A stretch of DNA of 63,699 nucleotides, the filler included, from Folioceros fuciformis (lineage: Eukaryota): the NCBI GenBank assembly GCA_049999805.1. It is 7 parts of 6 records of this genome, joined end to end, with 100 filler letters (N's around TTAATTAATTAA, not from the genome) between each part and the next. Parts side by side here need not be neighbours in the genome. Positions count along the whole stretch, not along the records: positions 28,070 to 55,173 come from JBNGIO010005440.1; positions 55,274 to 59,774 come from JBNGIO010005442.1; positions 59,875 to 60,894 come from JBNGIO010005454.1; positions 60,995 to 62,475 come from JBNGIO010005495.1; 3 more parts are not named here. The stretch is one strand, 5' to 3'. Below are positions 49,225 through 62,575 of the stretch, piece after piece. A program made the position numbers and the translations under genes. The notes under the pieces are model-generated. The model was not told the DNA's origin. It saw nothing but the letters and a program-made list of their open reading frames with translations, and did not search any database. The first letter of the stretch is position 1. Each line of letters opens with the position of its first letter.

Positions 49225-51418
49225 TCAGCCCCCTCCGGCGGTATCCATGTCCACAGCACCCCCCTCCTCCCTAAATGAAACACGTAACCTCAGCACCCCC
49301 GCAAGNNNNNNNNNNNNNNNNNNNNNNNNNNNNNNNNNNNNNNNNNNNNNNNNNNNNNNNNNNNNNNNNNNNNNNNNNNNNNNNNNNNNNNNNNNNNNNN
49401 NNNNNCCCCCCGATCCTCCCATAAGGCTGAACAGAGACTCACCAAGATTGGGCCTAGTCATCTCCTCTAAGACCTGAGGGGCCTGCATGTATAAATTGTT
49501 GCCTCCATGGGATATACTCGGCTTGAAGACCTTCCCTTCGAACCGAGCATCGTTCACCAGCAAGTCCATGAACTGGAGACACACACAGGATGCTTAGATA
49601 TCCAGTAAAGCTCAACGACGTTGTAAAGTCCAAATCCTCCCACGTCCATACCTTTTGAAGGGTGATTGACGAGTCCACTTCCAGAGGCACTCCAGGACTA
49701 CAAACTAGGCAGACCTCATTCCGGTCGTAACACCCTGTGTATGTGTAAACTCCTTGCGTTCCCACGTACCTGTGGAACACAAGCAGACGTCAAGCTCAAT
49801 ACAAGGATGACTCGTCTGGAAGTATAGAACCCACTCCCTGGAAGCGAAAGGTTATGTTTGAACCATACATCATATAATTATCCATTCCCCGGGCACACAT
49901 TGTGGCGATTTTTAACGTCTCAAGAGCACAAGCTGCTGCAACAATGGCGTTCGTAGAAGCTATGGCAGGGATGATATTCTTCACAACACCCTGAACGGAG
50001 AGTCATCAGATCCGAAAATCCTCAGTAACATGTAGCAGGGACCTTTCCTTCTACTCCCCAACACAATGAAATCCACGTTGCCGACCTGCGTCAAAGAGTA
50101 CGTGACGCCCGATATATGGAACACTTCAGCTCTTTTCAAAGCCTGCAAGGCCACAAAAACGGGTTATCACAGAACAGGGGACAACAGATGTCAATTAACC
50201 AACAGTGACAAAAGGTAGTGTATTTGCATAACAGCTTGTGTCTCAAATTTACCAGCTATAGGTACCTGCTCGTATATCCACCTCATGTGTTCAGAGTTAT
50301 CAGCATCAAACTCGTCACCCGCTCGATCCTGAACAACAAACCTTAGTAAAATAAGTCCTATGTGAGACACACCCAGAAAAGAAAAAGAAAAACGACTCCA
50401 TCACAGCGGCAAAGGCACTGGCTCTCGTACCTGACCCCACTGAATCAGATGCACATACTCGATACAGTGGGCTGGCGATCGCGGAGTCTCCGCAAGAGTA
50501 CACAAAGGAAACGTAACCTGAGGCGGAAAAAGCCAAAGAGTGCAATGGAAACAAGGAGTAATACCAGGCAAAATCACCCTGGCATGGCCTTTAAACCCTT
50601 CGGTCCCACCGTCCACCATAGGCTTAACAGTCGTCAAGTCAGGACTCCCGTCAGCTTCATATTCTGGCACCCACACCGCCACCCCATGCATTCAGTCACT
50701 TCCACTTTCATAACTCTGGGGGACCAGGAAAGAACGGCAGACACCCTAACCAGGAGGACGCACAATCTGCACATACCTAGGAACCCGCAGACAACAGAGT
50801 TGATGTAACTCCTAGCCTCCAGAGAGTCTAAGCCAAGGACTATAATCTGAAACTGCCGATAAAACTCAACGTCCTTCTCCTCTATACGACAGAAATGAGG
50901 CACTACGTTAACCCCTCGCACACGCTGCATAATCCTCTCTGCAGCTACAACAGCCTTTGGCTTCCCGACATCTGGCATCCTGCATCGTCCAACCAGTAAG
51001 TCGCCACACAAGCCACATCTCCACCTCCACCCTCCATACCAGCCACCCTCGCACTGACCTGAAGAGAAACTGGCGATTCAAATTGGACACGTCGATCGTA
51101 TCCATGTCGATGACCTCGATGTTCCCGAACCCCGACAAAGCCAGATCTTTTAGAAGCTCGCACCCGAGCCCTCCCGCTCCGATCACCAGCACCTTGCAGT
51201 CGTTTTGCAGCATTTCCCGCATCTGGAAGCGAGGGCCACAGGCGTCGGTAAGAAGGAATTGGCGCAGCAGCTGCCGCCGGAGCACAAACGGCAGGAGGTG
51301 CAGGCACCCTCACCTCCGGGCCGGGCTCGAACCCGGGCCCCGTGAGCGACCCCGGACGCAGGAGGAGGCAGTCGAGGTCGCGCCATCGGCCCTGCGGCGC
51401 GGCCCTGAAGTCTGCCAT
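49225..51418 (-). CDS. UBA3: NEDD8/RUB-activating enzyme E1 catalytic subunit (alternative in-frame start at 51526)
   Basis: [60 protein letters not shown] (catalytic Cys), [13 protein letters not shown]-terminal DMDTAGG. Confidence 0.96.
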
Positions 51419-51893
51419 GCCCCTGCCACCTGCGATGCCGCCGCTGTCCTGCCCCTGATCGTGCTCCGCCTCCTCGTCGTCTTCTCCCAGCCCCTGATCG
51501 TCTACCTCCCGCAGGCGCTTCGTCATGGCGGACGCCTCACACTCCCTTATGCTCGGGCTCCACATCCAAGCCAGTCTCCTTAGGGAAAAAGGGTCCTGCT
51601 GCGTCCTCCCCGGTTGCCGGTTCAACCCCAGGCGTCGTCCTCCCTCCTCCCTCCCACTCGACCCACATCGAACCCCCGGAAGCGGCAGGTCGCATTTCAC
51701 TCACAACCCGCATTACCTACATAAATGCCAATGATTTGTGTGCGCTCCAAACAAGTCTCATTATCTCAACTGCACTTCCGTTTCCGTACATATGAGATGG
51801 ATAGAACCCATTAGAGGCTGTTGTTGTCACTTAGAGGAAAGGTGTAGTCTTGAAGACAACGCTTGTTGTGCAGATATTCATCCCCGTGAGTTT

Positions 51894-54837
51894 TCATACA
51901 CTTGAATAAGAAAAAACAGGCAAATGGGGTCGAAGAGAACCCCAGGGTCCCACCATGCATTTGCTCAACCATATCCACAGTGATGAGCTATCGGCAGAGT
52001 TGGCTACCAAGCCTATGTTCTCTTCTACGTCTGATTCCGACACTTCTGACACGTCTCTCACGTCCCGAGCGGCAGAACCTAGTCCCTTGCGAGAGCTGCT
52101 CCTTCCCTCGGAGTGACGGGCATCCGGAAGCAATGCCTCCTGCAGGCCTTCTAAGTTGTCCGCTTTGTCCAGATACATTGCTGATGTGATCACGGCAGCT
52201 ACCAAGGAGCAAATTCCAGGGAGCGTTGCTAAGACAAGGCGCACGATGGATCTATGGCAATTGAGGGAATTGGAAGACACAGCACAGGCAGGGGAATCAC
52301 CTGCCACCACGATAACAGGCAGGCAAGGATCAGTCCAGTGCGCTCGGAAGGGACGCAGGTGCGCCAGGGTGAGAACCTGACCGTGGTAACCCTCGATCAT
52401 GTAGAGCGCAATTCCGCATGCCAGCTTCTCGACAAAGCTCAGAGATCCGTACACGAAAGCACAGCCGCTGAGAGTTTTGCCCACCAGTACTCCTTCCATG
52501 CTTGTCGCTGTTACCTGAGATGAAAAGATGGGAGTGCAAGCTAACGCTAGACCATGCGTCTAGCTGTGACGTCGTCCTGAGCAAGAATTAAGGCAACATG
52601 TCCAACACACTGTCAAGGAAGGCGGACTGAAGCATACCAGGATCATGGCATTTGCAACTCCAACGGCAGCAGAGACAGGGTAGATGATGAAACTGAAGGT
52701 GGATGGTATGGAGAAGAACGCAGCCCCGGATAAAACCCATAAGACGGCGCCCCCACTGAAAACGAGTTTTAGTTTGCGGCTGGTCCAGTTGAGCTCCTGG
52801 AATAACGCACAGGACACACGAGTTCATGTGACAACAAGCAGCTGAAGTGGTCAGCAGTGAAGTGACCAGGCAGGATCTTTTTCAAGAACAGAAGTTGGAT
52901 ATCGTGTTAGCCAGCTACCTGCAATAGAAGGGAGCATATGAAGCTCCAAACGTACACAAGAGCTGGCACCTGTGAAACAGTCAGCAGAAGGGATGTGATG
53001 GATAGACATGGTTATCATGGAATGGTATGCCTGTGTACAAGGAAAACTTTTCACGGGTGACCGGGTACGAATTGCACCGTGTTCCTTACCACTGCTTTGT
53101 TGGCTTGTCCCATTTTTAAGTCGTCGATGACAAAGAAAGGAAGAAGGGCCTGCAAATTTGACCTTCACTTCACTCAGTGCGTTGAGCGAGAAGTTTGATT
53201 CGTCTGTTGTGAATAGATGCAATGGGAATCTCATTGAGTTACCCTCAATTCATGGCCTCCTGTGAATTCTCACCTGTGAAACATTTGTTGCAAGGCGTGC
53301 AAGCGTGTAGACTACCGCTACTTGGTAGTAGAGAGGCTTGCGGAACCAAAATAAGGGAGAGACTTTCAACTTTGTTGTTGAAGCATCAGAATGGTGTGTC
53401 AACCTGCGGACAAGACAAGAGGCCTGCGTACATCATTGACAACAGGATGGATTGTTTCGTCGTCTGCTGGTGTACACGTTCTTGCTAAGTGTCCTGCAGG
53501 TGTAACACACATGATCCCGAAGCATCTCACCTGGGCTCTCCAACCCCAAGCTGGAAAATGAGCACAAACACGCAACCTGTAACAATAGCCAGCCCTGCAA
53601 TCCATTGGTACTGATACCCAAGCCCCAATGTAACAAGGCATGTCACGTCAGCCGCACTTCAATCCAGCCAAAGCAAGTTGTCAGCCCAAATATGAAAGCC
53701 ACACGTACGTACCTGCCGCTGCACGTGAGCTACTGTGTCAGAAGGTATGGTTTGGAAGATAGTAAAAGCAATCGCGTACAAGCAGAGGTTTGCAAGCTGG
53801 ACCCCACATTGCATAAGAGTATTAGGTCCTGGCCTACATCACAGCCCACAAATTGCTGTTTGTTCAGCAAGGAGGACAACACTCTTCTAACCATGGTGAA
53901 TGCGTTGCGACAGCTGTTGAGCGCCACCCTGCTCGTCGCATTTGCTGTAATGCAGTTGACTAAGGACCTGGAGGATCAACCCCACAGAGTGTCACATCTC
54001 ATGTGTACGAAGATGGTAGGTGTGATGTGCAGGCAAAGGTGAGCGGGTGAATAATTCCATGAAAGAAGAGAGCCCTACATGTGCGAGACTTGCGTTCCAG
54101 CCCACCCCAAGTTGAAAATGGCTGCATACAGACTAGACCCGTACACGTGTGCGGCGGCAGAGGTGGCCCCGGGGAGGGTACATGTCCAGCACCCGCCGAA
54201 CACAGAGGAGAAGGAAATTGCCACAAGCAGGGAACCCCCAGCATGCCATAGCTTAAATCTCCCAAACTTATCTATCTGAATGCAAGGAGCTGATGAGGCT
54301 TGCTGACGTCACCAAAAACTTGACCTTGTGCGATATGAACAAACTGATAACGATAGCAGCTGAACAAAGTCCACTCACCAATTGCCCAACAGATAGTGTG
54401 CCAATCCCATCTGCCACCTGTCCAGCAAGCATGACAACTCCAGCTTGCCTGAATGCACGATCATGAAATGGTGGCTGTAAGAGGAAGATGCCATCAGTGG
54501 ATCAGAGTCAGCAAAAGCCTGGGATTGTCTTCAACGAGACCTCACAAGCTAAGCCAGAAGCATACTTTGGTGATAAGCCGACATGAGTGAGGAAAATCAA
54601 AAGGTACGAGAACCAGCAAGCAGCCGTGAGATCGTTCAGCATATGCCCCGTTCCATATGCCAGTATCTGTGACCTCGAAAGCGGGAGCTCCGAAGGACCG
54701 GTGACTTCCCCATGCTCCTCTCGGATGCTTAATTCTTGCTGCCCAAGCCTCTCAGCTTTGTAAGGGGCACCGTGGGGCAAGTACGGTTCATCGAAGAACC
54801 GAGAATCTGATGCACCCACGACATGAGGCGAATCCAT
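51894..54837 (-). CDS. MFSD12-like major facilitator superfamily transporter (multi-exon)
   Basis: ILAYGTGHMLNDLTAACWFSYLLIFL, MLAGQVADGIGT, ALNSCRNAFTMV, GCAFVYGSLSFVEKLACG. Confidence 0.88.
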
Positions 54838-55342
54838 GCTCACTCACCGTGAATGAATATGCGATTTAGTACAAATATATTGTAATTACTGTAACAGCAG
54901 CTTCCAACACAAGCAATAAGCTCGGATGAGTCCTGGCGGTCATCTTGTGCTCGACTCCAGGAATCCAGCCGCTGCAGTGATGCAAATCAATTCAGACAGA
55001 TGAATGAGAAGGGAGGGCCATAGCTGCTATCACCTCTTCGCTTAATTGTTCCTCTTGCCATCTTCTCACTGAGCTCTAGAACGCAAATCCAACTGGTACC
55101 CACAAATCTAGAATTGAAGACAGGTGAATGAGGACAGCGCCCCAAAGGACTGCCGATCTGGCTGACCTTCCGANNNNNNNNNNNNNNNNNNNNNNNNNNN
55201 NNNNNNNNNNNNNNNNNTTAATTAATTAANNNNNNNNNNNNNNNNNNNNNNNNNNNNNNNNNNNNNNNNNNNNCTTTATAATACTACCCCTTATTATCGC
55301 CACTCATCTAACCTACCAAAGCAAGACCCAACAAAACTGAAA

Positions 55343-56699
55343 ATGTTATTAGCCGCTCCCTACCTACTGCGGGTATTTGCCAAAAACCCGCATTCCACAC
55401 TAAGGGACTTCAACAAGCAGGTATTGAAGGAATTATGCGACATTGTTGGCCCGGGTTCATTTGATTGTAGTGCAGGTGATTTGGCTAGGAGAGAGGCATC
55501 CCTATCCATTGCTTGGGGCGGCATTGAGCTACTAGTCATGGAGGGCTCAACGCCATCTGCTTTTTTTGGTAGTTAGGCGCTCTCTATCCTAGCTTTAGCC
55601 ACTCGCTTCTTCATAAAAAAATCGTGTGTTTTGGAGGGTTTTGTCATGGGAGTTGAGGAGGGGCCATTCCCCCTCTAGGAGTCTCTTAGGAGGACCGGGG
55701 ATCTCTTATCCTCACAAGCTCGATTGACCATGCCTTCTTTTTTCTCCTTCCTTTTGTGGGGGTATGATGGGGCTTCAGGCCACCCTCATGGAAAAGCATA
55801 ATGGGCAAAGAGCTGCAGGCCTTCATGCNNNNNNNNNNNNNNNNNNNNNNNNNNNNNNNNNNNNNNNNNNNNNNNNNNNNNNNNNNNNNNNNNNNNNNNN
55901 NNNNNNNNNNNNNNNNNNNNNNNNNNNNCCTTCATGCTAGATTCCTCCATTGACAAGCATACACGGGCACTCCTTTGATCTTGTTCGGAGAAGGGTGCAG
56001 GCTCTTGGCTATTTGCACGTCCATGCATCTAGGCTTTCCGAATCGTACCAGCTTCTTTCTCTACCGCGATGAGGTTTCGCCTTGGCTTGGTCCAGCCGTT
56101 GGCCTTGTCTCTCTCTCTCGTAGCTATGGGGTCCCTCTCGACGACCTCGGGAGCCACTTGGCACATTGCCCTATCGGCGGGCAGCGCATCGCCACGCACA
56201 ATGCAGTGAGGGACGCAATGTTTTCTTTGGCCAAGGAGGGTGGCTTCTTCTCCCATAAGGAATGCCCATACACCTTACCTAACGGCGTCTTCCTCATTGC
56301 AAACCTTTTCTTGACCAAGGGGGACCAGGTTTCTATAGCGAATGTGGTGGTCACAGACTAGGTACTCTGATAACCATCAACTAGCACATCGTTATCGACC
56401 CCTCGGGTTGGGCGGCAAAAGGAAGCGCGATAAGGAAGACTTGCAAGTACAAGCCCATACAGTAGGGTCACTTGTTCATCCCTCTTGTTATTGAAACGCA
56501 TGGGGCCATAGGTAAAGATTTTTCCTGGTTTTTGAAGACATATACGAAGGCCCATCACGTTAGCAGGAGCGGTGTAGGGCTTCCCCTATCTGAAGTGGTG
56601 GCATTTTTCCGGCAATGGGATTCAATTGCACTACAAAAGGCCTTGGCAAATACATCAAGCGCGACGAATGCGGCTTCAACGGCCCCCAGTGGTAAGTAG
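55343..56699 (+). mobile_element. Degenerate non-LTR retrotransposon with a restriction-like endonuclease (CRE-like), 3' part
   Basis: RT-thumb-like ASLSIAWGGIEL, decayed zinc knuckle RSYGVPLDDLGSHLAHC, RIATHNAVRD, NVVVTD, FIPLVIETHG, FFRQWDSIALQKALA. Stops and frameshifts are present. Confidence 0.7.
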
Positions 56700-57451
56700 G
56701 CCATACATTATACCTGAATGTGGCATCTTAAGGGTGATAGGGAGTTATAGGCTAGACGGATGAGGGGGTTAGGCCCCCATTCTTGGCTTTTCCCCATTGT
56801 AGGTTATTCCCCTTGTCACGGGGAGGTAGGTGGAACTTCCATCTCTTTTTTTCTATAAAGTCTTTAGGTTTGTGTTTAGAAAGAATCAATTTGATACTAG
56901 ACTTAAACTTTGTAAATAAATATATTTTAATGTATTTATTATTTTTATATTTATATAAAAATCATTGTGTAGCAANNNNNNNNNNTTTTTATATTTATAT
57001 AAAAATCATTGTGTAGCAAATATGCCATTAGACTGAAGATGAAAGCATCACAAGGAATAAAAATGTCTTAATCTAAGTTAATTTTAAGTTAAAATATATC
57101 CATATCCAGTTTATATTTATATTCTATTTTCATGTCAAATACATTTGTAATGGCAAGGGGTCATAGTGGTTTAGTATTCCCCACCTAGTAGAACTAGAAT
57201 TGTGAAAAGAAGAATTCTATCAAAATCCATGAATGAATTCCAATGAAGAGGTGTGATAATTAATGATTTGTATCACTCATATACTTACTCCAAAGAGTAT
57301 CTTCCCTTTTTAAACTTTTTAAAGCCATATTTTTGTTATTAGACATGGTACATAACAATTAACACCACAATGTACCTACATAGCTACTTGTTCCATAGGG
57401 TATCTTGTCTTAAATAAATGATTTACATCATATACTCAACATTTTGTATCA

Positions 57452-59774
57452 TGTTATACATAGCTACGTCCTCCTGGGCTAGCTACGTCCTCCAAGACAT
57501 GCTCCGAGCTCAAAAGGCAGCTCTCAACGCACGATGATTAATCCTCGAGTTTTAACAAACTTATGACCATTTAGACTAAGCTATTTAGACAAACCAAAAG
57601 ACAGCTGCAGTAACAATGCTGGTTTGAGTGCCAAGCAAGTAAGCTCCATGTAGAGGCATGTTTAGCAGAGTAGGTTACTAAAAGCATGAGAAGCATGCAG
57701 CCCTAGGAAAAAGTGTGTGGTAGTGAATAATAGCTTAAGGCTTAAGTAAGTAGTTGCTAAGTTAGTGACTTGAGCTTGTGTATAAAAGGGGACCTAGCCA
57801 AGGGCTAAGGCAAGTTCAGTACAGTGAGTTGAGATCAGTATCTCCTCAAAGCCTTGGTGCTTGGGCTATGCCTTGAGAGCTATCTCCTCAAAGCCTTGGG
57901 TGCTTGGGCTATGCCTTGAGAGCATGTGTTGCTTGGGCTGTGAGAGCACATGAAAGGTGCTGTGAAGGAGCTGTGGGAGGAGGCCAAGAGAAGGGAGAGC
58001 TAAACTCCTAGCTTAGGCAAAGATGGGGAGTTCTCTCTAGCCGTCCAGCTCTGTATGTTCTTGTTGACTCGTGATTTGAATAAAGAGCAGCAGCAAGGGT
58101 GCTGGCTGCGAGTCCTCCTAGAAGAGGAGGGCGGGCTACTTGGAGGCCTAGTGCTGTGTCCGGTGTTTAAAACTAACCCTTGCTTTGGCTTCTAATTGCG
58201 TGGTTCTGCCCCACCCCGTTGAAGGGGGTGTTACTTGTTGGTATCAGAGCATAGGTTAAAGCATCCTTGACTAGTACGCTAGTTAACGATGGCAGATCCT
58301 GCTGAGCCAGCAGAGCAGAGAGGGTGCGCCGCAGGAAGGATAAGGCCCCGCTTACCGAAGCCGTTGTGGAAGAGCCACAGGCGGATCCTCAAGTCGTGAG
58401 AACGACGGAGGAAGGAACTTTGGAGCAAAGGACCGGTACCACCATAGAGGACCAGCTCCAAGAAATCATGAGGAGACTTGATGCTCTAGATCAAGAGATC
58501 AAAGGCAAACGTAGGCTTGTTGATGAAGAGCCAGAAGAAGTGGAGCCCAAGCTTGAGATCAGTGCTCCTAAGAACGCCAAGAAGTTGAGATTGAGTGTTC
58601 CTGCGCCTAAGAGTTATAAAGGCGAGCGTGACGTAGAGAAAATCAGTTCTTGGTTTTTCTCTTTGGAAGCGTACTTGGAATCATGCGGAGTGTCGCAAGA
58701 CGAGTACTTGAAGCACGCCACGAACTTCTTGGACGAGTATGCTCTTACTTGGTGGAGGACTTACGTAGAGAACGTAAGGCTAGGCAATCGCAGAGCAACG
58801 ATCTTCACATGGGCAGACTTCAAGGAAGTGCTGCAACTCCGTTTCCAATCAGCTAATGCTGCGAGTTTGGCGCGAAGGATGCTCGACAATGTCAAGCATA
58901 TTGGAACTTTGCGGGAGTATGTGAGTGAATTCAGCTCTATTGTCTTGCAATGTCCTGAGATGCATGAGCAGGACAAACTCCACAAGTTTACTACTGGCCT
59001 TAAGAGATGGGCTCAAAACAGGATTGCATTGACTAATCCTCAGATGTTGCAAGAGGCTATGGCAGCAGCAGATGCCATACCGGACATGTTTGTCCAGGAG
59101 GCTCCAATCTCCAGGGGGAGATATCCTAGATCTCACGGTAGATCTAGAGGCAGAGGATGAGCCACCACCACTGGGAACAGTGCAACTACTGAGACTACTG
59201 CCAGAAGCCGGGGTAGAGGTGATAACAGGAGTCGTGGACGACGACGTGTAGCGCCTACCTCTGGTGTATGTTATAGTTGCGGAGAGCAGGGACATTTTGC
59301 TAGAAACTGTCCACATGCAGGAGCTCCCAATTTGAATCTAGTGGCCACAAATCCACCTGTTCCCAAAGCCAGGATCCAAGAGCTCCCTGAAGAGTCTAGG
59401 TGACGCCAGGGCCTACATGTGAGGACATGTGGTGAGTCATCGAGTGTCAAGGATGACACTATTTCCAGGGAGGGTGGAGACTTAATGTATATATGTGGCA
59501 AGATCAATGGCTTGGATGTTGAGCTATTGTTAGATTCTGCAGCCACCCATAATTTTGTGACTCCACGTAAGGCAAGAGAGCTTGGCCTTGATTGGGCTGA
59601 AACTTCCACGCCATATAGAATCAAGCAAGCTAAAGGAACTCTGTAATTTCTTGGTGAATTGCATGGAGTAAAGCTGCAAGTTGATGCGTGGCAAGGAAGT
59701 GTGAGTTTTACAGTCGTGGAGATGGATGACCATGATATCATCCTAGGTCTGGAGTGGTTGAGATCTAATGAAGT
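57452..59774 (+). mobile_element. Ty3/gypsy LTR retrotransposon 5' part (LTR, PBS, gag, zinc knuckle, protease), inactivated; LTR 5' boundary approximate
   Basis: TATA-like TATAAAA at 57781, PBS TGGTATCAGAGC at 58239-58250, gag (ALTWWR, TWADFK, LREYVSEF), CYSCGEQGHFARNC, protease LLDSAATHNF and DIILGLEWL. In-frame stops are present. Confidence 0.92.
58239..58250 (+). other. Primer-binding site complementary to the initiator tRNA-Met 3' end
   Basis: TGGTATCAGAGC between the LTR end (GGGGGTGTTAC) and gag. Confidence 0.9.
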
Positions 59775-59874
59775 NNNNNNNNNNNNNNNNNNNNNNNNNN
59801 NNNNNNNNNNNNNNNNNNTTAATTAATTAANNNNNNNNNNNNNNNNNNNNNNNNNNNNNNNNNNNNNNNNNNNN

Positions 59875-60870
59875 GGGTATTGGTGGCCAACAATGCATGC
59901 TGATGCTGGAGAATTCATCAAGAGGTGTGATGCATGCCAAAGGGTGGGGAAGCCTACTAGGACCACACAATGGCCATTGGTCCCCATCCTAGCCCTAGCA
60001 CCATTTGAGAAGTGGGGGATTGATTTTGTAGGACCAATTCAGCCCAAGTCTAAGGGAAGGCAGAACCAATACATCCTGGTGGCAACTGACTACTGCACAC
60101 GCATGGTGGAGGCCCAAGCTTTGCCCGTGGACACAGCAAATGTGGTGGCCCGATTTTTGTTTGAGCAAATCATCACAAGGTATGGGTGCCCGTTGGAGCT
60201 GGTGAGTGATAGGGGGACTCATTTCATCAATGAAGTAGTCAAGCACATGATTGAATATTTCAATATCAGTCATAGGAAGACCACTCCCTACAACCCTAAG
60301 GCCAATGGACTCACGGAGAAGGCTAACGGCCTGTTGTGCAAGATCCTCAGCAAACTCACTGTCACCTATGCTCATGACTGGGATAGGAAACTCCACTCAG
60401 CCTTGTGGGCATACAGGACTGCTGAGAAGGTTACTACCCAGCAGACCCCTTATTACCTCACCTATGGACACTCACCGATCATGCCTATCGAATTTAAGGT
60501 ACCTACCTTGAGAATGCAGGAGAGCAATCGATTGCCCGTGGAGGAGAGCCAGCTGGAGAGGCTAACCAGTTTTGTGCAGCATGATGAGGATAGGGAACGG
60601 GCCTTGGCTGTTTTCCTTGATGTTCAGGAGAGGAGGAAGAAGTGGCACGACCAGAAGTTGCGTAAACAAGAGTATGTTGTGCCTGGAGATTTAGCCTTGT
60701 TATATGACAATAGGTACATGCACTTTCCAGGTAAGCTGCACTTGAGATGGATGGGACCTTACAGGGTGCTGGAAGTGTATGAGAATGGGTTCATCCAACT
60801 GCAGCACCTCAACGGCCCTAACTTGCCAACTAGGGTTAATGGCTGGCGGGTGAAGAAATATTATCAGTAG
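59875..60870 (+). mobile_element. Ty3/gypsy (Athila/Tat-like) integrase fragment
   Basis: GYWWPTM..CDACQR, DDE in WGIDFVGP / VSDRGTHF / ANGLTE, GPY motif KLHLRWMGPY and RVNGWRVKKY; the frame is open. Confidence 0.93.
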
Positions 60871-61181
60871 TTGGCGAGGACGCCAACAAATGAGNNNNNN
60901 NNNNNNNNNNNNNNNNNNNNNNNNNNNNNNNNNNNNNNTTAATTAATTAANNNNNNNNNNNNNNNNNNNNNNNNNNNNNNNNNNNNNNNNNNNNTAAAGG
61001 AAATTATGTTAGTTTAGGTTAGTTTTATAATCAGAAATATACTTTATTAAATACCTAATTATATATATACACTTTCTTGTGAAATGAATTAATAACCGCT
61101 TTTGTCTTTGCTCACTTGCCCCTTGCATTCTCACACTCTCATGCCCGTGCTATAACTTTCACACTAATCCATCACGCGAAA

Positions 61182-61193
61182 TGGTATCAGAGC
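61182..61193 (+). other. Second tRNA-iMet PBS-like motif after an AT-rich, LTR-like contig end
   Basis: Exact TGGTATCAGAGC, but no CA immediately upstream and no recognisable gag downstream. Confidence 0.5.
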
Positions 61194-62575
61194 TGTGAAT
61201 TTCTGATGAGCATGGAATTGTGATAGTAGCTATGGGGATAATGCCTGAAATTCGTTATTTAGACAAGCTATGAAGTGAGGATAGCAAGTAACGGCGATAA
61301 GAGTCACGAGGGGATGGAAGTCCTTTGTGGCCTGAACGATGCAAATACGGTTGGAAGATCCTCGAGGCCGGTGTGATGTGAGGGCAAAACTGCCCACGGC
61401 TTCGACGCCACTTCCGGCCCAAGAGTCCTAGATTTCTCAAACCGCTCAGCAAAAGATGGATGCCCTTCTTCGATCAGCCCTCGGCGTGCAATTCTAGCCC
61501 AATGCGACGCGGACAGAACCTGGCCGATTTGCACATGGTGCGCCGCGCTCTCGGCCTGAAGGTGCCGCTCACGGCTTTCAACGCCGCTTTTGATCAAGCC
61601 TCCTACATTTTTTTGGCGATCTGCCCATGGCGTGCCGCGCCCTGACCTGAATCGCGCCTCCTCCAACATCAGCCTGGAGATGCTGGCTACAGCAATCACA
61701 ATCTGGGCACGCCGCGGAGACAGCTGCGCTAGCAGGCCGTTGTGGCGGCAGCGGGCTCTCGCGGCTGAAGGTTGAAGGTTCTTCATCTAATTTGCTGAAG
61801 GTTTCGTGTCCGATCCCAATCTATCCAAGCCGCTATGGCAGATACTCGTGGCTGTATGATCGTGGTACAGATAGATGGAGGCGCTTCGATGCTGGTGTGA
61901 CGGGTAGCACCAGATTGCTGTGCGCAGCGGGCTCAATTGGGCACGCTCCCGTTTTTTTTTCTTGGAGATCATGGGCAAATGCTGGCGGCTTCATCAGGGT
62001 GGCTGATCTGTGCTCGATTTGCGAAGATGGCTGTGGGCAGACGCCGCGCAACATGCCTGCCCCAAGCTCATGTCTCTGTCAGCATCAGTGCGTTCACGAT
62101 TACAGCGCGCAGCTGATGCACGGGCAGCGGGCTTCATCAGAGGAACAGTGAAGCGCTGAGGTGCCAACTTGTGATTTCGTCTTCTCTTGAAATTCTCTCA
62201 AGAACAATGAGGATGCTGCAACACTGGTGAAGATGCCGAGGTGCAAGGCAGCTTCTCACACACAGTGGAGAAGTGTTTGCCCTCAACCTTCACCTAAACC
62301 AACAAGGTTTTTTGTTTGTTCATCTTGCCGGAAGCTAGAATCCGGACATTTTGTAAGCAGCCAGCCACAACCTTTTGTGAGACGTATTTCCAATCGAGGC
62401 CTTGCTCAGCATACACCTTCCCTCAAATCACCTTCTTCATTTCCTCGTAACTTTCTACAACGACAACTTGAAGCTNNNNNNNNNNNNNNNNNNNNNNNNN
62501 NNNNNNNNNNNNNNNNNNNTTAATTAATTAANNNNNNNNNNNNNNNNNNNNNNNNNNNNNNNNNNNNNNNNNNNN

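Noticed and set aside
56942..57019. 34-bp direct repeat around an 11-N gap
   Set aside because: This is a typical unmerged contig-overlap artefact.
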